The translations under genes and the position numbers were made by a program. From Clostridia bacterium (GTDB lineage: Bacteria; Bacillota; Clostridia; Oscillospirales; CAG-272), in the NCBI GenBank assembly GCA_017456005.1, contig JAFTLJ010000028.1, positions 5,774 to 69,773 of the forward strand: a DNA stretch of 64,000 nt, in the 5' to 3' direction. Of this stretch, positions 1 to 8,848 are shown piece by piece (the stretch's first letter is position 1; each line of letters starts with the position of its first letter). The notes under the pieces were generated by a model. It was given only the letters and a program-made list of their open reading frames with translations, was not told where the DNA came from and searched no databases.

Positions 1-1007
1 CCTACTGTTATAAAATCGCGGTACGGCAGGTTTACGGCTATATTGTGCACGTCCTCGGGCACAACATCGCCCATACCTGCAACGAGGTCCTTTATGGGCA
101 TTGTGGAGAAGTAGTAGTCTGCCTTCATCATTTCTTCTCTGCCGTTGTGCAGCACGCCTACGCAGGAGATCTGTGCGCCGTCTGTTTCGAGCGTTTTTAC
201 CGCGCAGTTTTTTATGATTTTGCCGCCGAGCTTTTCAATTTCCTCCGCAACGGTTTCCCAAAGCTGGCCCGGGCCCTTTTTGGGGTAGATATACTGCTCT
301 ATAAGCGATGTTTCCACGTTTTTGGAATCTTTTTTCTTGAAGGGCTTTGTTATCATATCTGCCACAGCCTTGCGCAGGGAAAGACCTTTAACACGCTGTG
401 CGCCCCAGGAGGGGTCGATGTTCTTCGGGTTTACGCCCCAAAGCTTTTCCGTATAATCCTCGAAAAACATTTCATAAAGCGGCTTGCCGAAGCGGTTTAT
501 ATAGAAGTTGGCGAGCGAATCTTCCTCTTTTTTGAATACGAGGGAACGCATATAGCCAAATCCCGCCTTCATTGTGCGTGCAAAGCCCATATTCGTAAAC
601 GTTTCCAGCTTCATGCTTATGGGGTAATCGAAGAATTTTTTAAGGTAGTATATGCGCGAAACACGGTTGCGCACGAGCATGACCTTGTCTTCCTTTTCGG
701 GGTCGGGGCCGTTTTCCGCGAACTTTTTCGTTTCCGTGCCGAGAATTATATCGTCCTTGGAGGGCGCGCCCTGTGTGGGCATAAATTTCGCCCAGAAGTC
801 GTTCACCTCTTTGCTTTTGGAAAAGAAGCGGTGGCCGCCTATGTCCATTCTGTTGCCGCCGTGCTCTATGGTTCGGGAAATACCGCCGATATATTCGGAT
901 TCTTCCAGAATGATCGGCACAATGTCCGTTTCCGTAAGCAAGGTATACGCGGCGCAAAGCCCCGCAGGGCCTGCACCGATTATTATTGCCGTTTTTTTAT
1001 TTTCCAT
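1..1007 (-). CDS. FAD/NAD(P)-binding oxidoreductase (amine-oxidase / UDP-galactopyranose-mutase-like); C-terminal part lies beyond the window edge
   Basis: My reverse translation from ATG (complement of 1005-1007) gives [24 protein letters not shown]..., a GxGxxG dinucleotide-binding fold. The frame stays open to position 1. It is absent from the ORF track because it runs off the edge; the 45..1553 + ORF is its antisense shadow. Confidence 0.75.
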   Translation of the reverse strand, partial: MENKKTAIIIGAGPAGLCAAYTLLTETDIVPIILEESEYIGGISRTIEHGGNRMDIGGHRFFSKSKEVNDFWAKFMPTQGAPSKDDIILGTETKKFAENGPDPEKEDKVMLVRNRVSRIYYLKKFFDYPISMKLETFTNMGFARTMKAGFGYMRSLVFKKEEDSLANFYINRFGKPLYEMFFEDYTEKLWGVNPKNIDPSWGAQRVKGLSLRKAVADMITKPFKKKDSKNVETSLIEQYIYPKKGPGQLWETVAEEIEKLGGKIIKNCAVKTLETDGAQISCVGVLHNGREEMMKADYYFSTMPIKDLVAGMGDVVPEDVHNIAVNLPYRDFITV

Positions 1008-1031
1008 GAAAATTTTACCTCAATTCATAAA

Positions 1032-1463
1032 TCAATGTCCGCGATAGACGAAAATTTTTCTGCCTATGTAGTTCCAAATAAGCACCACACCTTTTACAAA
1101 GCAGGTGAGCAAAAGGTACCATATGCCCGATTCACCTATAAAATACGTGCCGAGAAGCGTAAGGACCACCGTAAGGAAGTAGCCTATAACGCCCACAACG
1201 GTATATATAAGGAAAGCTTTTACGGTTTTGCCGTCTTTCTGCTGCTCTGCCGTGCGGAAGACGAATATATTGGAAAGCACGAAATTCACGATAAGCCCTA
1301 TAACAAAGCCTGCGGTTACCGCGGCGGCAACCTGCCACTTATCGTCCTTCGTAGCGCCGAGTATCCAATAAAGTACGGCGTAATTTACGCCCATATCCAC
1401 AAGCGCCGCAACACCGCCCACAACTGCATAACGCAAAAATTCAAACAACGTGTTTTTTTTCAT
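1032..1463 (-). CDS. GtrA family membrane protein
   Basis: 143-aa ORF starting MKKNTLFEFLRYAVVGGVAALVDMGVNY... with about 4 hydrophobic helices, typical of the GtrA N-terminus. It lies directly upstream of the oxidoreductase on the same strand. Confidence 0.8.
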   Translation of the reverse strand: MKKNTLFEFLRYAVVGGVAALVDMGVNYAVLYWILGATKDDKWQVAAAVTAGFVIGLIVNFVLSNIFVFRTAEQQKDGKTVKAFLIYTVVGVIGYFLTVVLTLLGTYFIGESGIWYLLLTCFVKGVVLIWNYIGRKIFVYRGH

Positions 1464-1737
1464 TTTTTACACCTTGAGAATAATATATACCGCCAAGGGG
1501 AATTTGCCTTTATAGCGGCATATCATCTCGTACATTTTTTATTCTTTGTTTAGTATAACATATAAATGGCGCAAATGCAATAATATATTTGTTAATAATA
1601 AGTTAAAATGCGGATTTGCGCAAAATACCGAAGGCGCGATTCTTAAAATTTATTAAAGTTTTTCTTTGCGTATTGCCTTTTTTTGCTTTTTGTATTACAA
1701 TGTAAAAGGTAAAGTTTTTTTGAAAGGGGAGATTGTC

Positions 1738-2592
1738 TTGGTAATACGCGCAAAAAGAACATCGGAACATTTGGCGCTCGCACTTTTTGCGGGAATTTTG
1801 CTGTATTTTGCACATTCTTTCCTTGTTAACGAAGTGTTTATTCCGAACGAAGTGATTCGAAGCATAGCGTCTGCCGCGCTTTCCGTCTTGCAGCTCGGCG
1901 TGCCTGCGCTCATGTTTTATGCAATGCAAAAGCGCGCGGGGTTTGAAGAGCCGAAGTTGAAAAAAAACCGAGAGGGCTCTGCTAAGTATAACGTGACGCT
2001 CGCCTTCGGCGGCTTTTCCGCAATATTTGTTTTCGGCTTGCTGTATTCTGCGGCATTTCCCATGGCTGCCCCTGCCATAAAGGTAACCGGCACGCTTTCT
2101 TTCGCCATAAATGCCGCAAGCTCGGTGATCATACCGGCTGTTTTTGAAGAATACCTTTACCGCAGGCTTATTTGCAGGGAGCTTACCATTCACGGCGGCG
2201 CTTTTGCTGTTATAATTTCCGCGCTTCTTTTCGGCCTTGCTCATTTTTCTTTCTATACCTTTCCGTATGCCTTTATATGTGGGCTCATACTCGGATTTGT
2301 ATACCTGAAAACAGGCTCGGCAAAATACACCGCGGCAATTCACCTTGCGAACAATCTGTTTGCATACGTTCTTGCCATTATAGGCACGAAAATATCTGCG
2401 CTGGATTACACAAACTTCGTTATGCTGCTCGCTATCGCGCTAAGTGTAATGGCTCTCGGCGCTTTCTACACGGTTATACCGAATATGAATAAATTCGCGC
2501 TTTGCGAAAACGGAAACGTCGCTTCCTCTGCGTTTCTCACGTTTTCCATGGTGGTATACCTTGTCTGCGCCGTGCTTATGAATTTTATATGA
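1738..2592 (+). CDS. CPBP family intramembrane glutamic endopeptidase (CAAX protease-like)
   Basis: Multi-TM protein with EEYLYRRL and LLFGLAHF motifs. I moved the start to TTG 1738, 7 nt after the AAAGGGGA Shine-Dalgarno. The track start at 1666 remains possible. Confidence 0.75.
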   Translation: MVIRAKRTSEHLALALFAGILLYFAHSFLVNEVFIPNEVIRSIASAALSVLQLGVPALMFYAMQKRAGFEEPKLKKNREGSAKYNVTLAFGGFSAIFVFGLLYSAAFPMAAPAIKVTGTLSFAINAASSVIIPAVFEEYLYRRLICRELTIHGGAFAVIISALLFGLAHFSFYTFPYAFICGLILGFVYLKTGSAKYTAAIHLANNLFAYVLAIIGTKISALDYTNFVMLLAIALSVMALGAFYTVIPNMNKFALCENGNVASSAFLTFSMVVYLVCAVLMNFI

Positions 2593-3098
2593 CGGAAAAA
2601 ACGAACGATACTGAACAAACCCTGCACTATATGCAGCTTGCCATAGAGGAAGCGAAAAAATCCCTCGCCATAGAAGAAGTGCCCGTGGGCGCCGTGGTCG
2701 TGTGCGAAGGGGAAGTGGTGGCGGCGGCATTTAACACGCGCGAAACAGAAAAAAACGCCATACGCCACGCAGAGGTCACGGCTATTTCCCGCGCCTGCGA
2801 AAGGCTGGGCGGCTGGCGGCTGCACAAATGCGAGCTTTACGTTACGCTAGAGCCCTGCCCGATGTGCGCGGGGGCAATAGTCAATTCCAGAATAAAGCGC
2901 GTTGTTTACGGCGCGAAGGATACAAAAGCGGGTGCTTTCGGCACCGTGCTCAATCTAAACGACTTTCCGCTTAACCACAAGCCCGAAATTGCCCACGGCG
3001 TGTGCGAAGAGGAATGTGCCGCTTTGCTTTCTGATTTTTTCAAAATTCTTCGGGCAAAAAAGAATGCGACAAAAAAAGCCGATATACATACAAATTAA
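2589..3098 (+). CDS. tadA: tRNA adenosine(34) deaminase
   Basis: Zinc-deaminase motifs HAEV...PCPMCAG and overall TadA-like sequence. ATG 2589 overlaps the upstream stop (ATGA). Confidence 0.9.
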   Translation: MTEKTNDTEQTLHYMQLAIEEAKKSLAIEEVPVGAVVVCEGEVVAAAFNTRETEKNAIRHAEVTAISRACERLGGWRLHKCELYVTLEPCPMCAGAIVNSRIKRVVYGAKDTKAGAFGTVLNLNDFPLNHKPEIAHGVCEEECAALLSDFFKILRAKKNATKKADIHTN

Positions 3099-3287
3099 GG
3101 AAATAATTTGTATAACAGTGCATTTTTGGCGTGTAATGTGGCGTAAAATAGGTCTAAAATATGTTTGACTTTTAATATGCCATATGATATACTTAACTTA
3201 CAAAAACAAAAGGAAATTTTCCGTGCGGAGCACTCGTTTTTCACCTTGTAAAGCTCGGGGCGGAAGAAAAACAAAAGGAGAGAAAAA

Positions 3288-4607
3288 ATGAAAAGAAACC
3301 TCAAACAGATCTTGCTCGTATTCCTTGCCCTCGCGGTTGCTGTTTCTGCAAGCACCTGCCTTTTCTCTTGCGGCAGAGAGTCTACGGCAAACACCACAGG
3401 CGACGTTATCCCCGGTATCATGTCCTCGAACAGCTCCACAAGCGGCACGGTAGACGCTTTGGGCGGCACGACCACAGGCACTGTACAGCCCCCCGAAGGC
3501 GGCAGCACGGGCGGCACAACAACACCCATAGTTACACCCCCCGGAAACGAAGGCGACTACATAAACCCCCTTACAGGTCTTAAAACCAATAATAAAGATG
3601 CTTCCACGCTCAAGCCCCTCGCGGTTATCGTAGATAACGTAGATGCGGCATACGCACATCAGACAGGCCTTACACAGGCAGACATTCTTTATGAAACGCT
3701 CGTTGCCCCCGGCATAACACGCTTTACGGCTCTTATTTCCGATTATTCCGCGCTCAAGGATATTTGCAATATCCGCGAGGCTTATATGGAACATATCGAT
3801 ATTGTGGGCAGCCACAACGCGGTTCTCGTTGCTCACGGCGGTGCTTCCCACCTCGGCGATTTTGTTTCCGTTGCGGCGGCGCGCTTTGGCGGCGGCTGGA
3901 ACGAAAACCTCCAGAAAAATACATACGGATATATCAACACCATGAAGGATATCGCTTTCACGGCTGAAGGCGGCGAAAGATACGGCACTATAAAATACTA
4001 CAAGGACGACGAAACCTACCGTAAGGACATCGGCTTCGATACGCTTCTTACCTCCTCTGCTGTTGCGGCTATCTTCGGCAGCAAGGCGAGCGCGTTTGCG
4101 CAGTCCGGTGCTACGGAAAAGGGCACGGCACAGTCCTTTGCATTCGTAGACCTTACGGAAACAAAGGTTATGAACGGCGCGGAGGCAAACGAAGTTAAGC
4201 TTTCCTTCACAATGGATAATTACAGCGGCACAAAGAGTGTTTCCTACGTTTACGATGCAGAGCTCGGTATGTACCTGCGCTACCAGGGCGCAAGCAACAA
4301 GGCGCACAAAGATTCCGTTACGGGCGCACAGCTTGCCTTCACAAACGTGCTCACGCTCTTTACAGACGTTACAAGCTCTGTTGCGGCAGACGATGCTGTG
4401 GTTACCTCTACAGCCGTTGTGGGCGAAGGCACGGGCTATTACTTCTACGGCGGCGAGGCTGTGGAAATAAAATGGTCCAAATCCGCTTGGGACGGTGCGC
4501 TCACACTTACCGATAAAGACGGCAACGCGCTCGAGCTTGCACGCGGTACAACTTACGTTGCATACCTCGACAATACGAACACAGCAAAAGCGGTAAGCTT
4601 TAACTGA
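3288..4607 (+). CDS. DUF3048 (YerB-like) lipoprotein
   Basis: Signal peptide with lipobox LFSCG and a low-complexity T/G/P linker. The segment PLAVIVDN...ADILYETLVAPGITRFTALI resembles DUF3048 proteins. Confidence 0.65.
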   Translation: MKRNLKQILLVFLALAVAVSASTCLFSCGRESTANTTGDVIPGIMSSNSSTSGTVDALGGTTTGTVQPPEGGSTGGTTTPIVTPPGNEGDYINPLTGLKTNNKDASTLKPLAVIVDNVDAAYAHQTGLTQADILYETLVAPGITRFTALISDYSALKDICNIREAYMEHIDIVGSHNAVLVAHGGASHLGDFVSVAAARFGGGWNENLQKNTYGYINTMKDIAFTAEGGERYGTIKYYKDDETYRKDIGFDTLLTSSAVAAIFGSKASAFAQSGATEKGTAQSFAFVDLTETKVMNGAEANEVKLSFTMDNYSGTKSVSYVYDAELGMYLRYQGASNKAHKDSVTGAQLAFTNVLTLFTDVTSSVAADDAVVTSTAVVGEGTGYYFYGGEAVEIKWSKSAWDGALTLTDKDGNALELARGTTYVAYLDNTNTAKAVSFN

Positions 4608-4667
4608 AAATAAAAAATGCACCCTTCATTTCTCTGTTGTTCTTAACGGAGGAATTGCAAAAGTACA

Positions 4668-4697
4668 GAAACCGCAGATTGATTTTCTGCGGTTTTT
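4668..4697 (+). terminator. Intrinsic terminator after the DUF3048 gene
   Basis: Stem AAACCGCAGA / TCTGCGGTTT followed by a T-run. Confidence 0.7.
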
Positions 4698-4775
4698 GTG
4701 CTATAATAGTGGTATGGGGATAGACGATGCATTTGTAATACAAATGCGAAACTTGCGATAAATGAGGGGCATAGC

Positions 4776-5321
4776 ATGAAGTGTGGAATATGTGTATGCG
4801 GACTGAATGGAAGTGGTAAAACGACACTTGCCGGTGCGCTTGCTAAAAAAATAAACTTTATACATATGGATATAGAGCAATATTATTTTACTTCCACGCA
4901 TAATCCGTATGCTTCATCAAGAACGAGAGAAGAAGTTGAACGGTTGCTATTAGAGGATATAAAGAAAAATCCCTGTTTTGTTTTTTCTGCCGTTAGTGGA
5001 AATATGACTCCGGAGATCAATGAAAATTATACTCTTGTGGTATGCCTTGATGTTCCTCTTGATGTTCGAATGAAAAGGATCAGGCAAAGAGCTATTGATA
5101 AATTCGGCGATAGGGTTCTTCCGGGCGGAGATATGTACGAGCAGGAAGAAAAGTTTTTTGCATTCGCAGAAAAAAGAACTCCCGAAAAGATTGAGGATTG
5201 GCTGAAAACACTATCGCACAAAGTCCTTCGACTCGATGGGACAAAACCTATACAAGAGAACGTTGAACATATAAAAAGCCTTCTCCTGTGGGAGAAGGGG
5301 GACCGCGCCAGCGGTGGATGA
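4776..5321 (+). CDS. P-loop NTPase (small AAA / nucleotide-kinase-like)
   Basis: Walker A motif GLNGSGKTT at the N-terminus. Visibly A+T-richer than its neighbours. The last ~15 codons (..LLWEKGDRASGG) and the TGA stop lie inside the left inverted repeat of the DUF559 cassette. Confidence 0.6.
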   Translation: MKCGICVCGLNGSGKTTLAGALAKKINFIHMDIEQYYFTSTHNPYASSRTREEVERLLLEDIKKNPCFVFSAVSGNMTPEINENYTLVVCLDVPLDVRMKRIRQRAIDKFGDRVLPGGDMYEQEEKFFAFAEKRTPEKIEDWLKTLSHKVLRLDGTKPIQENVEHIKSLLLWEKGDRASGG

Positions 5322-5753
5322 GGAGTCAAAATGATACCTTACAATAAAAAGCTCGTATCAAACGCTCGAACCCTACGAAAAAATATGACACCCGAAGAAA
5401 AGCATTTATGGTATGATTTTCTAAAAAGACTCCCATTTAACGTAAGGCGGCAGCATAATATTGAAAACTATATCGTTGATTTTTACATAGCGGAAAAGAA
5501 GATTGTAATTGAGGTGGACGGCAGACAGCACCTATTGCCTGAGCACAAAGAAGCAGACAAACAAAGAGATGCGGTTTTATTTTCTTGGGGGATAACTGTT
5601 TTACGATATTCTAACGATAGTATACGAAACAATTTCAACATTGTTACAGCGGATATATTGAAGCATCTTGGTTTGGATTATAGCGATCTTAAGCCTGTGA
5701 GATAACACCTCATCCACCACTTCGTGGTCCCCCTTCTCCCGCTGGAGAAGGCT
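5277..5753 (+). mobile_element. DUF559 cassette bounded by ~48-nt structured inverted repeats
   Basis: Left arm 5277-5325: AGCCTTCTCCtgtgGGAGAAGGgggACCGCgccaGCGGTGGATGAGGAG. The reverse complement of the right arm 5706-5753 reads AGCCTTCTCCagcgGGAGAAGGgggACCACgaaGTGGTGGATGAGGTG. Each arm has a conserved hairpin, a covarying hairpin and the constant GGATGAGG. Confidence 0.6.
5331..5705 (+). CDS. DUF559 endonuclease-domain protein (Vsr-like fold)
   Basis: 124 aa with ARTLRKNMTPEEKHLWYDFLK...YIVDFYIAEKKIVIEVDG..H......D..RD..L...G..VLRY, typical of DUF559. Its Shine-Dalgarno (GAGGAG) is supplied by the left repeat arm, and the right arm begins right after the stop. Confidence 0.8.
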   Translation: MIPYNKKLVSNARTLRKNMTPEEKHLWYDFLKRLPFNVRRQHNIENYIVDFYIAEKKIVIEVDGRQHLLPEHKEADKQRDAVLFSWGITVLRYSNDSIRNNFNIVTADILKHLGLDYSDLKPVR

Positions 5754-5785
5754 TATTGTAATCCGCTCTCCTGTCTATAAAAATA

Positions 5786-5824
5786 AAGTTCCCACAAACC
5801 GTTTGATTGGTCTGTGGGAATTTT
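5786..5824. terminator. Bidirectional hairpin between the DUF559 cassette and the convergent regulator gene
   Basis: Stem TTCCCACA / TGTGGGAA flanked by A-rich and T-rich runs. Confidence 0.6.
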
Positions 5825-5883
5825 ACGTTATGGTGATTTCTCCGATAAGAACATCACGCATTATGGGGTGCATTTTTTGCTTT

Positions 5884-6543
5884 CTATTCCGTTTTTATTG
5901 TGTATCCGATGCCTCGCACGGTGGAAATGAGCTTTATGCCGAACTTTTCGTCCAGCTTTTCGCGCAGGTAGCGCACGTAAACATCCACTATGTTCGTGTC
6001 GGTATCGTCTTTTTCCCAAATGGCCTTCGCCGCTTGCGCGCGCGTTACGGTGCCGCCCTTATTCTTGATGAGGTAGAGCAGTAGCGCAAATTCGCGCTTC
6101 GTGAGCTCCACGGTTTCGCGCTTGTAGGAGACCGTGTGCTCCTTTTCGTTCAGAATGAGGGAATCCGCCGCGCTTTTGCGGTGCTTTGCCACACGCACGC
6201 CGAAATCTGCCTCCTCGCTTTTTTCAAAGAAAGAGGAAATGAAGCCGGTTATAGAGAAAGGGCGCGTGAAAATTCGGAAACCTGCGGCTATTTTCGGCGC
6301 GACCTGCGAAAGTATCTCGGGATAGCCGAAAAGCAGCACCTGAGTGCCCTCAAGCTCTGCTGTGTCCGCCGGCATTGCGGCGAAAATTTCCGCATCGAGC
6401 ACAGTAAAATCCGCACAGGAGATTTCTTTTCTCGTTTCCTCTGAAAAGCTTTCTGCCACGGAAACGTGCGGGCAGAAAGCGGAAATTTCCAAATACAGCA
6501 TTCGGGCAAAAATTTTATCTTTTGTCAGTATGAGCACTTTCAT
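5884..6543 (-). CDS. OmpR-family winged-helix regulator with a degenerate (pseudo-)receiver domain
   Basis: The C-terminal LTKREFALLLYL...VDVYVRYLREKL...TVRGIGY is an OmpR/PhoB-type DNA-binding domain. The N-terminal receiver lacks the acidic DD pair (MKVLILTKDK), and the conserved Lys position reads TRPF. Confidence 0.7.
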   Translation of the reverse strand: MKVLILTKDKIFARMLYLEISAFCPHVSVAESFSEETRKEISCADFTVLDAEIFAAMPADTAELEGTQVLLFGYPEILSQVAPKIAAGFRIFTRPFSITGFISSFFEKSEEADFGVRVAKHRKSAADSLILNEKEHTVSYKRETVELTKREFALLLYLIKNKGGTVTRAQAAKAIWEKDDTDTNIVDVYVRYLREKLDEKFGIKLISTVRGIGYTIKTE

Positions 6544-6562
6544 AACAGTTTTGCTTTCTTAT

Positions 6563-6593
6563 ATAATAATTCTGCATTTTTCATTCTGCATTC
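6563..6593 (-). repeat. Heptad-periodic GCAGAAT-type repeat (copy 1, minus orientation)
   Basis: The minus strand reads GAATGCAGAATGAAAAATGCAGAATTATTAT. It lies immediately downstream of the parC-like stop, in the same orientation as that gene. Confidence 0.7.
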
Positions 6594-6597
6594 GGCA

Positions 6598-8811
6598 TTA
6601 CTTTTTTAGTGTTCCCGGGGCGGCGGGGATTTTTGTTTTGCGAAGCCCTGCCGTTTCAGGGTATTCTTTTGCAAAATCCTTTAGCGCGAATGCGACTTCA
6701 TCGTCTTTTTTGAGCGCTATGACGGTGGAGCCGATGCTCGTACGCGTTGTCTTAACGGGTAAGAGCTTGGTGTTCACTATAGCGCCCTTGCCCGCTTTTG
6801 TGCCTATCAGCATTTCGAAAGGCTCGCTTTCGTAGATTGCGGCGGCAAGCGGTGCGGCGTCAGAATATGCCGCCACGAGCTTTTTGCGGTTGCCCTTCGT
6901 TTCGTAAGAGGAAACAGGTATCTTCACGCCCTTGCCGTTTGCAAAGATGTAGACGATATTGTGTGTGGGCTCGTATTTTTTGAGCGACTTCATAGCCACT
7001 ACCTTTTCGCCTGCATCGAAATCGAGCTTGGCGGGCACAAATTCGCCGAGGGAGGAAGCCTTCACCTGCTCAAATTCGCAAACGCGGGATTTATATATCT
7101 GCTGTTTGTCGGTTATAAAGAGTATTTCGTCTGCATTTTCTGCGTCTTCTTCGAAAATTACACGGTCGCCGTCCTTCAGCTTGTGCTCGTCGCTGCCGCG
7201 CAGGGTGCTGGCGCGCAGGGAATTGTGCGTTATCTTTTTGAAGAAGCCGTCGCGTGTGAGCACCAGGCGTACGCCGTAGTTTTCCACGTGGTTTTCCTCT
7301 GTATAGTCGGCGATATCATCCTCGAAAATGAGGCGAGTTTTGCGCGGTATTGCGTATTTATCTTTTATTTTCTTCAGCTGCTTTGCAATGTATTTTTTCA
7401 GCTTCTTTTCCGAGCCGAGTATGGAGCGCAGCTCGTCTATTTCCTTTTGCAGGTTTTCTATTTCCGCAATACGCTCTAAAATGTATTCGCGGTTTAGGTG
7501 GCGCAGCTTTATTTCCGCGATATATTCCGCTTGTACCTCGTCGAGGTTGAAGCCGTTCATAAGGTTGGGTACAACGTCCTTTTCCTTTTCGGTTTCGCGC
7601 ACGATCTTTATCGCTTTGTCTATATCGAGCAAAATTTCGCCCATACCCATAAGCAGGTGGAGCTTTTCGTTCTTCTTTTCGAGGTCGAAGCGAAGTTCGC
7701 GGCTCACACACGACATACGGAAGCGTATCCATTCCGTAAGTATTTCGCGCACGCCCATTGTGCGCGGCGTGCCGTCCACGAGAATGTTGAAGTTGCAGGC
7801 AAAATTATCCTGCAAGGGCGTTTTTTTGAAAAGCTTTGCCATAAGCTTTTCGGGGTCTGTGCCGCGGCGAAGATCCAGCGTTAGCTTGAAGCCGTGCAGG
7901 TCTATTTCGTTGCGCGCGTCCGTAACCTCGCGCAGCGAGCCGTCTTTTATCATATCCGTTATCTTTTTGAGTATAAGCTCTATTGTTGTGGAATATGGGA
8001 TCTCCAGAATTTCTATGCAGTTTTCCGCTTTGTCGTATACGTAGCGCGCGCGCAGGGTAAAACTGCCTTCGCCCGTTTCGTAGATGTGGCGGAGCTTTTC
8101 ACGGTCGTATATAATGCCTGCGCCGCCGGAAAAATCGGGCGCTTTTATAATATCGAGCAGCTCTTCCGTGGTGGTTTCGGGGTTATCGAGCAGCGCTATC
8201 GTGCCGTCGCATATTTCGCCGAGGTTGAAGGAGCATATCTTGCTCGCCATACCTACGGCTATACCCATATTGGGCGAAACGAGCACGTTCGGGAAAGCCG
8301 TGGGCAAAAGAACGGGCTCCTTCATCGTGGCGTCGTAGTTATCCGTCATTTCCACGGCGTTTTTATCTATGCCGCCGAAAATTTCATTGCAGAAGGTGTC
8401 CAGCTTCGCTTCCGTATAACGGGAGGCGGCGTATGCCATATCGGAGCTGTACTGCTTGCCGAAGTTACCTTTGGAATCTACAAATGGGTGGAGCAGTGCG
8501 CCGTTGCCGCGTGTCAGGCGCACCATGGTTTCGTATATGGCGGCGTCGCCGTGGGGGTTTAGCTTCATCGTGGCGCCCACGATGTTCGTGCTTTTGGTGC
8601 GTGCCCCTGTTAGCAGACCCATTTTGTACATCGTGTAGAGCAGCTTTCTGTGCGATGGCTTGAAGCCGTCTATTTCCGGAATAGCTCGGGAAACTATTAC
8701 CGTCATAACGTACGGCATATAGTTTTTCTCTATCGTTTCCGTTATGGGTTGCGGAGTTATGGGCGCGGGGGGGAGTTCTATTTTAACATTGTTTTTTCTT
8801 GTTTTTGCCAT
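6598..8811 (-). CDS. parC: Type IIA DNA topoisomerase subunit A (ParC/GyrA family)
   Basis: 737 aa with the GyrA/ParC N-terminal domain, including the AASRYTEAKL catalytic-Tyr motif. It follows the subunit B gene. Confidence 0.8.
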   Translation of the reverse strand: MAKTRKNNVKIELPPAPITPQPITETIEKNYMPYVMTVIVSRAIPEIDGFKPSHRKLLYTMYKMGLLTGARTKSTNIVGATMKLNPHGDAAIYETMVRLTRGNGALLHPFVDSKGNFGKQYSSDMAYAASRYTEAKLDTFCNEIFGGIDKNAVEMTDNYDATMKEPVLLPTAFPNVLVSPNMGIAVGMASKICSFNLGEICDGTIALLDNPETTTEELLDIIKAPDFSGGAGIIYDREKLRHIYETGEGSFTLRARYVYDKAENCIEILEIPYSTTIELILKKITDMIKDGSLREVTDARNEIDLHGFKLTLDLRRGTDPEKLMAKLFKKTPLQDNFACNFNILVDGTPRTMGVREILTEWIRFRMSCVSRELRFDLEKKNEKLHLLMGMGEILLDIDKAIKIVRETEKEKDVVPNLMNGFNLDEVQAEYIAEIKLRHLNREYILERIAEIENLQKEIDELRSILGSEKKLKKYIAKQLKKIKDKYAIPRKTRLIFEDDIADYTEENHVENYGVRLVLTRDGFFKKITHNSLRASTLRGSDEHKLKDGDRVIFEEDAENADEILFITDKQQIYKSRVCEFEQVKASSLGEFVPAKLDFDAGEKVVAMKSLKKYEPTHNIVYIFANGKGVKIPVSSYETKGNRKKLVAAYSDAAPLAAAIYESEPFEMLIGTKAGKGAIVNTKLLPVKTTRTSIGSTVIALKKDDEVAFALKDFAKEYPETAGLRKTKIPAAPGTLKK

Positions 8812-8848
8812 ATTTTATTACTCCGAGGTTTTTGTGACGTGATTTTTA

